From Klebsormidium nitens (Eukaryota > Plantae > Klebsormidiophyceae), in the NCBI GenBank assembly GCA_000708835.1, contig DF237196.1, positions 1 through 64,000 on the forward strand: a DNA stretch of 64,000 nucleotides. Reading direction: 5' to 3'. Within the stretch, counting starts at the first letter, position 1. Each line of letters starts with the position of its first letter. Positions 22,331 through 34,084 of this stretch are shown here, piece after piece. The position numbers and the translations under genes were made by a program. The notes below the pieces were generated by a model, which searched no databases, had not been told where the DNA came from, and saw only the letters and a program-made list of their open reading frames with translations.

Positions 22331-25300
22331 TCAGAGAGGACACAGAGTTGCTCTTACTGCCTGGATACAACTAGCACTGACCAGTCCCACCCTGCACTGC
22401 GGGGATCCCCTTGTCTACGCTCACCTCCTGCGGAGTGGGCCCAGGGTTGCTTTCCACCCCACCCCTCAAGAGAAGTGTTGCTGCACATCAAGAGACCACG
22501 TTCAGGTGCTGAAGGTCTGACGCAGCTAAACTCATCCTGAACCGGCGAGAAACCCCCAAGCAAGTCAGTAGAACTATCACGGCAGGTCAAGGGCCAAGTG
22601 CTCCACAACCACTTGCATAATCAGCCTGCTGCCCTAGAAGTGCTTGCAGACCCAGCGTCGCAACCCAAGTGCCTTACCTATCAGCGAACGGCTCTTGGGC
22701 ATGGACACCCAGTCCATCGTCTTTTCAGACTCCTGCCATGCTGCAAAGGGTGGCGCGCTGGATGCATCTGCCATCAAGAACAAATCAAGTATCAGCGCAG
22801 GTGGCGAAAGACCCACCACGCACCAAAGGCATGAAGAGAGCTTACTGCCCCCAGGTTTGCACAAGAGCGAACAAATCAGACTAGCCCAGCCAGCAGCGCA
22901 CGCTCACCTTCCGCGGCCCCTCCGAGATCTCGCAGCTCCTGCTCGAGTCTCCTAGCCTTGGCTCTCAGGCGGCGCAGCTCCTGGTCTGCTGCCCAAACTG
23001 CAGGAGCATACAGAGCACGTCCGTCTCAATTCTCCACTCAAAAGACCCATTGCTGTGCAGCAGGGAAGCAGCTGAAAGATTGCAGAAAACTCAAGCGCAA
23101 CTCAGAGGAAGGCGCATCGAGTGCTCTCACCAGCGCGATCTGGGTCCACTCGAAAGCACCCTCTGGAGGTTGCATGGGCCCGGCAGGAGTACTTGATGCT
23201 CCCGCCCTCCTTGCCACCTCGGAGGCCCCTCTCTGCGCTGGCGCCGCACGCCTGGCAGCTGAGACTGTGGCTGTCTGGATGACATGGAAAGGGCCCCAAA
23301 AAACGGAGTTGGATCGCATCTTGTAGAGCGATGTGGGATTCAAGCAGGCAACTCACGCTACCGCTGGACAAGACCTTATGCTGAGCAATAAAAGACCTTG
23401 CAGATGATGGCAGCGTACCAAGGAAGGGGAGGTTCTATCCCAGAAATGAAGGATGCATTCTGGTGCGCGAGAAGCCCTGTTCTGAGATCCTGGAGACAAA
23501 GGTTCGGTACTGGCGTGTACACAGATTGTAAAAGTACATATTACTCAGAATTGCCAATCTTGGTACAACGCTCCTAAACCCCCCTGAGACTCGCTCCACG
23601 CAGGCGCTGCGACACAGTACGACCCCAATGTACTAGCATTGCCTGCCCCGACTAATCGACTGCAGAAGAAAGCGAGCGGCTGGGACGCTGCCATTCTCAC
23701 CTGGTCGTGTTTCTAACCCCGCCCTTGGTTGCTTGCTGTGGCGGCACTCCACACCCCGCTTCGCTCCTGAGGTTCTCCGCTTGCGGCCCTGCAGCCGACC
23801 CCGCACACTGCTCTGCTGCTTCAGCCCCTCCAGGTACGCTTCAGCTGTTTCCGCAACCACTCGGTTGAAACCCTCGTGCAGAAACGGTTCTGCAGCGCCA
23901 AGGAGCCCCTCTAAGCCCCGCTTCGCCACCTGTGAGGCCCCATCCTGGGCGGCCTCTGTCCAGCTGTAGCCCGCTGATCCACACGCTTTCCTGGCCAGCC
24001 CACGCACAATTGCCAGGCTCCTGCGGAAGATGCGCTCCCCCCTGATACTCCCCTGCTTGGCTGTGCTCATGACCAGACGTTTGATGTTTGGGAAGCGAAG
24101 AGCAGCGCCAAGGTCTGGGGGGCTCGAGGCACCAGGTGTGGGCTGAGCCGCTGGCAGTGTGCTTTCCAAGGTGGTCCTGCCTGGTTCCTGCATGAGGAGC
24201 GCCGGCGCTCAGACCAGATAGGCAACAGATTAGAGCGAGGAGTTGTCCCACATACTTTGCAACTCAACTCAGTCCAAGGTGCAGGCTCAGCGTTGAGTTG
24301 CTGTAACTACAGAGTCATGTGTAATTGCACAGCAGAAGGACCCACAATGCATTGGAGTCATGACAGGAAACTTGCTGCCCCCAAATTGTGTATATGAGAA
24401 GAACCGATTGAGTCAAGTTGAACCACATGCTTACCCTGTCCTCAGACTCAAACCCGGCATGAGGCCTGCACCTTGCCATGACGAGACAACGTAGGAATAC
24501 GCGTTCCTGCCCCTGCAAAGCCAACAGGGAAGTAAGAGTGAATAGTAAATTGACAGTCGCATGCACCACTTTTCATGCAACTGCCCCTTGACCACGCATG
24601 AAGACTCTGAGGAACAAACACCCAAAACCACGTCCACTTTGAGCTCAACCGCATACTTAAATGACTTTAGAGGCTGCTCAGAACAGCCAAGAGCAGATCA
24701 TAACCTGGCAATCACTAAAGGAAGCAGAAAGTTTGGCATCAGTACCGCAATGCTTATGCTGCTCTTTGGAGCTCCAACAAAATCCCTCTCGTCTTTGCAT
24801 ATGCTGACAGTCGATGCACCGGTCACGTGCCAGTGACTTACATCCTTGAGTAACGGAAACATGCGGCGGAGCCACTCTCTGCCTGACACATTTTACGTCA
24901 ACGATGACTGCATCTAGAGGCAACCAGGTTGCACTTACTTGGTCCACACTCTCAGAAAAGCTTCAGGGATGCGCCACCACAGCAGTCCACAAAACGCCAG
25001 TTTCTGTTCACAACAGGCCGGCCAAGCTGAAACCCTGAGCCACACCAATCTACCCCGCAGCTCCCTGAAGGCCCGCTCGCTCTCAGCTCTGTCAGTGTCA
25101 TTCGACAGCAGGAGGCCAGAACAACAGGGAAGCCGCTAGATCAAGAGAGAACTGGCTTTCCCCCATTTTTATACCGGATCCGTGTGTGTCACTGTGTGTG
25201 CCCCGGCCCTTGTCTGGGAAGGAGCTTGTCATTATAATTTATGGCATCATTGCTCTGGTAACGGTATGGCCCGAGCCGCGTTGTAGAACCGTGTAGTCTG

Positions 25301-25514
25301 GGACATTTGGTGAACGTTTGGCAAAAACGGGATGTTCCGGCAGAGGCTGACCTTGGTATAGGCGGCTTGATGGCTCCATCGCGTATAAGGTGGCCGTCTG
25401 AACGCCGACTATGCCATTGACGGCCTTCCAAAAGACTTGGCTTTCGCCCAAAGGGGATCGACGGCATTCTGAATTCCGCGGCATTCTGTCATTGCGCCAT
25501 CCCCACTGGTGCGG

Positions 25515-26148
25515 CAACCCAGCCGCCTCTCAGATTTTATGAGGAATCTCTCCAAGTCCGGCAACTGGGAAGTAAGCCATAAGTCAATGACGAAACTTCC
25601 AGTTCGGTATGGAGGATCTGTTCAGGCCTTATGGTGATTTTGAGTCCCCGGGCAGTTCTCACAGGGAAGTACCTAAGATAAAGTGACCGCCACACCCTAA
25701 TGTCACAGGGAGGGCCCGGTTGCTCGCCGGCGGGCGGTGTGCGAGACCCTAATGTTAGTGGACTTGCAGTGTTGGTGGCACCCGTCGCGGACCAGCACCC
25801 CACCCCCTCCAATAAGCGGCGCCGCCCTTATGTACTGCAATCCACACGGTCGCGGCGCGCAATTCTTTGTGGGTCAAAACGGTCGCTTCGGCCGTCCTGC
25901 ACGGTCGATATTAAGCAGTGCACTGCCGATCGGACGGCGCAGATACCTCGCTGTGGATATGTTGCTGAGCGCCGGGCGGCAGCACACCGGATGCACATAT
26001 CCGCGCCGGCGGCAGCCAAATTCTTCATACACTCTATTGAATTTCTCATACTGATTTCGAACTTTTGCCATTGACTTATGGCTTACTTCCCAATTGCCGG
26101 ACTTGGTAAATATGAGAGATTCCTCATAAAATCTGTGAGGCTGGGTTG
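25515..26148. mobile_element. 634-bp MITE-like non-autonomous DNA transposon with ~95-bp TIRs and a 7-bp TSD
   Basis: Left end caacccagccgcctctcagattttatgaggaatctct-ccaagtccggcaactgggaagtaagccataagtcaatg matches the reverse complement of the right end (8-nt indel, few mismatches). GGTGCGG flanks both ends exactly (25508-25514 and 26149-26155). Confidence 0.85.
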
Positions 26149-27039
26149 GGTGCGGGCCTCACACGGGCCGCGCGCCGCGCGGCCCCAACGTGCACCGCCC
26201 CGGCCGGCACAGTACATATGCCCGCCTGGTACGTCGGACGCCCAACGGCTGACAGGCCCACTGGCGAGCTTCCTGAGTTTCCCGCGAGTTTGGGTCGGGC
26301 GCCTCCACTTTGCAGCCAATTACAAGTGGAATGGAATTCGTAGGGTGAAGCATCATCCAGGTCCTTCACCCGTCCTTCATGAGGTTAAATATTACAGCTT
26401 CTGATGAGTTGAGGTTGAAAGGGTGCGGCTGGCGGGCCGCCGCTAGTGACAGTTTGATACCTATTTTGTTTGGGGCCCATGATGGGTCGATTCATGAGCC
26501 CGATTAAGAAACGAGCTAAGGACTCCCTAGGCAGCATCTCATCTAAAAAAAAGCTAGTTACTTCAACCGTTGGCGTGCTTAAAGTGCTTAAGGGCCTCCC
26601 GGCATGGGCAAGTTTTACCAGTAGTATCTTGGTCATGGGCATGAGTCGAGGAGCCCTGGGTGCTTTCGCCCATGAAATCAACCAATAACTACATCATTAA
26701 GACTGACAAGTTGCAAATGTTCGAGTCATTCTAGTAACAAATGGAAAGGTCACGAAATCAGTCTCAATCGACTCTACGAACAATCCCAAGAATTCGTATG
26801 AGTACACGAAACACACGGGTTTCTACCTTTGTGTCTCCCATTGGTGTTACTAATAAGTTATCTATTTGACTGGTTGGGGCCTGATAGAATTGAGTAAGGA
26901 AGAACTTTGAGCGGCTCATTAGAGCCATTGCTACCGAGACTGACTCCGCAGGTTAGTGCAAAATAAGCTTGTTACATACGCAGGACAAATTTCCACGAAC
27001 ATCTAATTCCTCCCTCGAATCACACTTTTGTACCTCACT

Positions 27040-27860
27040 TCGCGGCACAGCGCAACCTTATTTCCGGTCACTCGCGAAGAGCATGGCCCCCTCGAGCACT
27101 GACCGTATGGCCTGGATGGCGCGCAACACGTCAGCCTTCTTCCTGGGCTGGAGAAGAGCCGCCACCTTGTCCGGCCGCACCTGCGACCCACCTCCCGCTG
27201 ACGTCAGCAGGGCCAAGCCGTCCTTCGATCAGGGGGTTGCACCACAGCTGCAGACGCTCCGCCCCCGCCGTCCCGCTCCTTCACATGTGCTCGTCCATCA
27301 CCTCGCCAACGACTTTCATGGTGCTCTGCAACGTTGGACTCAAGGTCCGCGCCTCAGGACTCGCCACGAGCTCCTTGAATCTTTTCTGCATCCTTCTCGC
27401 AAGTCTACTCCGAACCCCCGAACTGGTCCCTAAGCACTGGCCGTAGATCGCCACCCAGGCTGGTTTGACAGCACTCCGGCGGTAGTTCTGCGACGTCGTG
27501 CAAGCGCTGCCACGTCAGCACAGCCAGGAGCCACTCCACAAGCTCGTTTCTCTGCTTTTCGTTCCATTCTCTAAACTCGCCGTTCCTCGGCGCCAACTCA
27601 ACCGCTGTCAGCATGTTTGCAGAGCACTCGCACATCGCTTCGTTCGCTAAAGTACCGGGGCTGGTCGTATCCCTGAAGGGGCCACGCTTTCAACAGTCCC
27701 GCAAGCAGGCTCACTCGAACTGCTCCCTGCCCGAAGTCGTCTCTTGCTAGCAACTCCGAAAGCAGGTCCAAGCAGGTCGATTGAAAGCGCCCCAGATTCC
27801 AGATCCGGTGAGGCAGGTCTCCCCAGTACTGGTGACCATGTTGTTCAGGAAGTGTGAGGC
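27040..27860 (-). pseudogene. Decayed partial inverted copy of the MYND-finger gene (matches ~59790-60610)
   Basis: MCECSANMLTAVELAPRNGEFREWNEKQRNELVEWLLAVLTWQR versus MCECSADMLRAVELALRNGEFREWKEKQRNELVEWLLSVLTWQR; LLKAWPLQGYDQPRYF versus LLKAWPPKGYDHPRYF; several frameshifts. Confidence 0.92.
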
Positions 27861-28243
27861 CGCTGTTGCAGGGCGGCACTGCAACGATTTTGATGTCTGC
27901 AAGAAGCCGTGGCTTTTTAGAAGGGACCGAAGCTAGGTGGTAAATCAAAAGGAGATAGCGGGCCGCTAGTGAAAAGTCGATTGAACTTCCACACAAACAC
28001 GATGATCGGTTTCTTGCATTCAGTCATGTCCGGCATCTGCATTCAGTTATGTCCGGCATCTGCACGCACAGACACCAGGTCCAGTTTCGAGTTCGACAAG
28101 GCGTTGTCACTGTAGCGCAACAGAGCTCTTCAACGTAAAATCCTAGGTTGACCGTTTACAAGAGATACTCTTCATATCTTTGGAATCATATACACCATTC
28201 TCGAACAGCGCGTCAAACATGTATTGAGAGCTCTTGCAACGGT

Positions 28244-31200
28244 CTACAGGACGGCGACGGCCGGGCAGCTTCGTTTGCAGGAATTGCTCCGCGTCGTCAC
28301 AAATTGCCACCCCGCCTCGGGCGTATACCGCTCCACCTGTGGCAGGAAGGGCGGACAAGTTGGGTTAATGCCAGCAGTGCATCGTTAGAAATGCTTATCT
28401 GCCTTGAAGAGGAGTCAGGCGGCTTCCGGACAATCGAGAAGGAACGGCGTGAAAAGAGAGAAACAGCGGAGAGCGGCGACGTGCAGCGAGCAAACAGGAC
28501 AAAGCGGCTGTGGCACCAAGGCCAAAACAAACCTCCGATTCTCAGTCCACATCAGCAAGTCCAAAGAACCGACCGGAAGACCTTTGGTGAGGCTAAGTAG
28601 CAGGAAAAGCAAGTGCAAGGTTAAGAGCGCCGAGGAGAGCGGGTGTGGAGAATGGCGTATAGAACTCGATCTCCGGATCTCGGGACATTTCGGATCTCAG
28701 GAAACAACCATAGGGGTTCAGATCTGTAATGGGATGGAACCCCCTCTTACAATGTGTGCGAGGTTCATGCGAGTACCCGGTGAAAAGAAATGAACGATCG
28801 GAGCCGTTCGATGCAAACGTAAGGGCTTAGGGTCTTTGTTTTAGTATGGCGGAGTCGTACAGGTGTCGTCGGTGACGGTCGGTCCCGAGATCGGGAACAT
28901 TTCCTGGAGTCAGGAAATTTGTACGCTATTCTCCACACCCGCCCTCCCGAGCGCTTACCGACTCCGCGTCCAGTTCTCCGTCGACGCCGCCGATGAAGTA
29001 GAGCGCGTTGTCGACGACCACCGATGCGCCGGACGCACGCTGCGTGTGCATGGGGGGGACCTGAAGAGCAACAGGGAGTTACGATTTGTCAGCAGCGGTT
29101 AGAAGCTCCTAAATCTAGCGATTTTTGGCTGGGGCGTTTCAACGAAAGGACAACTCTAGGATTCAAAACCTTCCAACGGTTGAAAACTGTTTCCAGAAAC
29201 CCGCTGCGCGTTGAGTGACGGTGGTTGGAATACCTTTACAAGGAAACGCTAGGTCGCCGATAAAAGCTCCTGGCGATCCATTCTCCCTCCGACACGAAGA
29301 TCTGTTATAAAGCAATCTGCCCTCCTCGCGTCTTAGACTACCCAAACGAGTGCAGGAGCTTTTTCCCAGACGTCTGCTTTAGCATCAATGGACTGCTGCC
29401 TTTTATCAACGGCGGATTCATATTCGAATCAACCACGGAGAGTGGACTTAGAAATCGATTCCGCTGGACCTTAAACAACCCAGTCCGCAATATGAGCCCG
29501 CTCGGCACTCCTTCAAAGCAGTAACAAAGCGAACGTGTCCTCTTTTGAAAAGCAAGCCAAAAAGACCCGGAAGATAGAGCTGAAAGCGAATCCCGGGGAC
29601 AGAGTGATATTGAACGGACAGGACACACCGAGTGATCAAGCAGGGCTGTCAAAACTTCGGCTGCCTATCGCCGTTGAAACGGAAGTACCAATCTTATCCG
29701 AGTCGTCTCCCTCGACGTCGTAGAGGCAATGTACCCTCAGCCACTCACCAGCTTCCACGTGTTCATGCGCGGCTCATACGACTCCACAGAATTCAAGACG
29801 AGGTCCCCGTCGAAACCTCCCAAGGCGAACCTGAAGAGAGCAGCCGGGTCAGCCGAATGAACCGCCCTGAAGCCAACACCAACTGATCGTAGCCTGCTAG
29901 TGGCAATCGCATGACAAGATTCAACAACAAAAATGAATCAAGCGGGCAGGGCTTCTATTTTACCAATTCTGCGTCAGAAAGAGCAGGAGAGGGCCGCCAG
30001 CGGCACCCGGAAGGTTGTCAGGCGTCAGTTCGGGGGAACTTCGCTATTGCAGCCGAAAGCGGAAACGCATAGCTTACAGGTTGTTGTTGTACACTGCTGC
30101 GGACAGGCTCCCCCGCTTGGTCGACATGGACGGAGCGCGCACCCAGTAGCCCTCGCGAGGATCGAACCGCTCCATGGTCCTGCGAAGAGGATACGGGTCG
30201 TTGACAGACGTGCTTACACAAGAAGCATAATGGTTACTCGACATATTCAGAAGACACTTCAGAAATGTAGCTCGAAGATGGGGAGTTGTGAACGATGAGT
30301 AAGAGCGATGCAACCAAGCAGCAAAGCAATCAAGAAGCCAGCGTGATTCAACGGGTCAATCAGATACTGTTCAGGTCTATTTATTTTTTTCCCTTCACAG
30401 CTGGACTAGCAGTGTCTCCCACAAAGAACGGCCCGATACGTCCGGGGAGACTGATTCAACGCAATTGCTGTCCTCCCCGCACGGGGAGGATAGCCAGTCT
30501 CCTCGGTCGCCAGAAAAGCGACAGAAACGAGATTCCAGCAATTGCCAATTGGGCGTTCAGGGTACAAGCTGTGTGCAGGCGCCTTACGGAAGAAGTTGCT
30601 GCCCGTCAAAGCCTCCGAGCGCATACAGCGAGCTGTGCATCTCCGCAGCAGCCCCACAGAAGCGCTGCAAGCAAACCGTCCGACAACGTCTTTCAATTCT
30701 GCAATGCGACGTACGCAAGATGGACTATGGAGTACAGGGCAGACTGTCCGGTTCATTTTGACCCACATCTGGCAAAGACGGTACCTCCCGTGCTTCCAAG
30801 TATCCGCTTGAACTTAGTGCAGTAGGACTCGAAGGACCCGGGCAGGTTATGAACGGTTTCATAGAATCCATATTAGCTATCATCCCTGGCTCAGCTTCCA
30901 AACATGTCCCAACCGTTGATTGAAGGGGTGTTGAGCATGCCAAATCTCTTAGGGGCGGAATACGAAAGCGGACGTTCTCAGATTACAAACTTCCGAAACG
31001 CACAGACGACCGCAAGGCGCACACCTCGTCGAGCATGGGCGGCACGGAGAGCCACTTGTCGGCGGCGGGGTCGTACATCTCCACGTCAGCAAAGATGGAA
31101 AAGCTGTCGCTCCCCCCCACGGCGTAGATCTTGCCCTGCACGGCGGCGCCCCCGAGGCCGCGCCGCTTAATCTTCATCTTCGAGAGATTCGCCCACGAGT

Positions 31201-31863
31201 TGCTGGCGCGGTCGTACCGCTCGACTGCACAGTAGTGGCGTTGGAAGATGCAGGTTCAATTGACGGCTATTGGTGGGTGTAAAAAGAAAAGGGTATCCTG
31301 ACAAACGGTGACGAAAGATGCCTGAGACGCTGTGAAGTTTCTATCGGACTTTCCGAGTCACAACGAGTGCTGGCCGAAACAAAAACTTTTAATGAGTAAG
31401 CGCTTCTCGGAACCGTTGTATTTGAGATGGGTTTTGCTGACGTGGAAACGAAAAGCGGGGTCCTTGAAGCGGCGCAGCAAGTTTGCGAGAATCTGAAAGC
31501 GTTGCTAGCTGTCCTTCAAAGGCGCACTCTGCTTCTGAGTAATCGTAACTTCCTAACCGCAACTTCCTACTCGCCAAATAACGCCAACCCCTTTCCTCCC
31601 TGCTGACATCTCAACAACGGCTACAGCCAAATTACAATCTTCGACCCTCACCCGTATCGTAACACAGCTGGCACCCCCGGCCCCCGAACACGTACACCAT
31701 CCCGCCGAGCACTGCCGAAGCCGCATGATAGCGCTCCGCCCACATTGGCGCGACCTCCTCCCACTCGTTCCGGGACGGCCGGTATCGGTCCACCGAGCCG
31801 AGCCACCTTGTGCCGTTCCACCCGCCCATGAGATACACCTCCTGCGGGCGCGGGCGCACGAAG
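28244..31863 (-). CDS. Six-bladed Kelch-repeat region of a multi-exon gene; N-terminal exons unresolved, possibly up to ~34084
   Basis: Exons 31652-31863, 31025-31224, 30588-30664, 30078-30179, 29749-29830, 28959-29060 and 28244-28336 join in phase with GT-AG ends, giving six GG...Y...W Kelch repeats that end ...CKRSCPAVAVL*. Resembles the Kelch part of plant DCD-Kelch proteins. Confidence 0.92.
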
Positions 31864-33562
31864 CTGTCAAAGACCAAGGTTTGGACCTCCCCATCAAAAA
31901 TACTCTGGGTTACAGATGTTGACAAGGATGACTACAACCAACTAAGCAACTACAATAGGTCAGCTGGACGGTGGTCAAAGGGAGTGATTTATAGTTGGGA
32001 GCTGGAAGCGGATTGGGGCCGTCAAGTGGCTCAGATACTCCGTGAGTATCAGGGGGAGCCGTCCAAACGATATTGAACATCTGGCCATGCTGATGAAGGA
32101 AGTGCCCGGGGGACGGGTAGGTTGGTTACAAGTATAGAGCGTGTCGATCCTTGGTTTAGTTCTCTGGTTTTGTTGGTGCCCCCGAGCAGTATCCTCAGTC
32201 AATATGGTTTGAAATCCTGCGTCCCTTCCCTTTGAAGCAACTTCTGAAGCGCCGTGGTGCGGACTTTGACGATTCTGTCCACTTGTCTGTATCCAATGAG
32301 CCTCTTAGAACCAGCGGAAAATACAGAAAAACCGATGTTTTACTGCAAAGCTCCTACACCCGAAAGGCGCCCCGCCGACTCTCAAAGTGGACTACTTCTG
32401 CCTACCAATCAGAGCTCCACTGTGAACAGAGTCCAAGCTTATTGTAATGGACCCTACAATTCTGAATGTGTCCTCATACTCACCCCGAATGGCGTAAGAC
32501 TCTGTGGACCATGGAAGGGCGGCGTGCCAAGGCAGCCAACATGTGGCTGCACCTGCGGATCGTGCTCACCAACAGGGAAAACGAGTCTGGGGGCTTCGAT
32601 TCCGGTCCCGTCTTTCGCCCACTGCTGGAGAAACTCGAGTCAGAGACAGGACTCGTGAGTAGGTCCCTGTGGCAAGAAGGCTTGAAGAGTGGCCTTTGTC
32701 AAATCCAGGTTAAGTGACCGAACATAAGTCTGCATGTTTGAGATTTGTAGCATGTCAATATGGTTCCAGGTTGGCTGTACACCTCCAAAAGAGTCAAGAC
32801 TCAAGTAGTAACTAGAGGTCAACAACTGAGGGATAACGTTTGCAGCTACAAGGTCCGGCCTCAAAATTGCTCAAAAGTCAGCTCTTTCCATTCGACTTGA
32901 TGATTGAACCCCTTGCAGGTCACTCTTATGCATGAGGCCCTGAATTACACAGTCTTCTACTGGATCGCTCACGTCTTTTGACAACTCACCCAGGAAACTG
33001 ACGATGAAGTATCTGGATCTACTCCAGATCTTGCTGAAACCCGCCATCTGAGTGTTCTTGGGGGCACTTCAACATGGAGACTGCCACCGGCAGATGCGGG
33101 ATGCACTGCAGCCAAATGTTGACATGCAACATTATTTCAAAATTAAATGAAGCTTCATTGTCAGGCTCCTAATCAGGCCAATGGGTGGTTGTATTCAGAA
33201 CTGACTCATGAAACTGATTGACTTGACATAAACATGACAGGCTCAAGCGCACAGTGACGAGCTGTTGCTTATCCAAGTTTCTAAGATTCCTAACTTTACC
33301 TAGGGAGAGCTTATGCCCAAAATGCACAACACTCTGCTTGTGGCAAGCAGGATAAGAAACTAAAGAATGGTTATCGGAGGCTCTCTTCAGCTGACCTCCT
33401 TGAATATAAAAGGAAGGAAATGTTATTTCCCTTCTTCTACCTTGAGACTGCACACATTGTAAATGCCCTTCTTACTGCAAGTACGAACTCTACAAAATAC
33501 AGTTGCACCTTCTTGCAAAGCAAGAACGCTCCTCATGCAACAAGCAGATTTATCAATAGCTA

Positions 33563-34084
33563 TCAACACACGACAAGTGTATCTGAGCTACGCAACTTAC
33601 CAGGCTCCACAAGCTTTCCAAGACACCAAATGCTGGACACTGGGGGCGATGGACCAGCCGATACGTCCTGATATTCCAACTCATAGACAGCGTCAACAAA
33701 AGTCTCTCGAATGTCCTTATGCACCATGCCCAATTTTTTGAAGGACTGCGGATCATGCAGTGGAATGTCCTTTGGCCATCCCAAGAAAGTTCTTAGGTCA
33801 CAATGGTCTGAACAGCGCTGCTTGTCACAGCTTTTCTTGCTGCCCCTCCGATGCTCTCTGATATTCCAGCAGATTGCTTCTTCACTCCTCAAATCATCAG
33901 GCCTGCGGTGAGCAGCACGTTTCAGAAGTCTCCAGAAGGCCAGTCTTTCCAGCCGGTGCAACCTCTCTGAAGGGCTTGGCAGCTGGCTCAACCTCCATTT
34001 GACTTTTGTACCTTCTCGTATCCAACTCTCATCGCAAATATTAAAGATTTCTGGATAGTCGGTGTAAGGAGAGGAGACGCCCAT
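33563..34084 (-). CDS. Exon-like ORF of unknown function, probably a 5' exon of the Kelch gene
   Basis: 173 open codons from ATG 34084, with donor cctg|gtaagt near 33600; same strand as, and upstream of, the Kelch exons. Confidence 0.4.
   Translation of the reverse strand: MGVSSPYTDYPEIFNICDESWIREGTKVKWRLSQLPSPSERLHRLERLAFWRLLKRAAHRRPDDLRSEEAICWNIREHRRGSKKSCDKQRCSDHCDLRTFLGWPKDIPLHDPQSFKKLGMVHKDIRETFVDAVYELEYQDVSAGPSPPVSSIWCLGKLVEPGKLRSSDTLVVC

Noticed and set aside
26200-26960. Possible additional transposon remnant
   Set aside because: Only short hairpins; no TIR pair, TSD or coding motif to support it.
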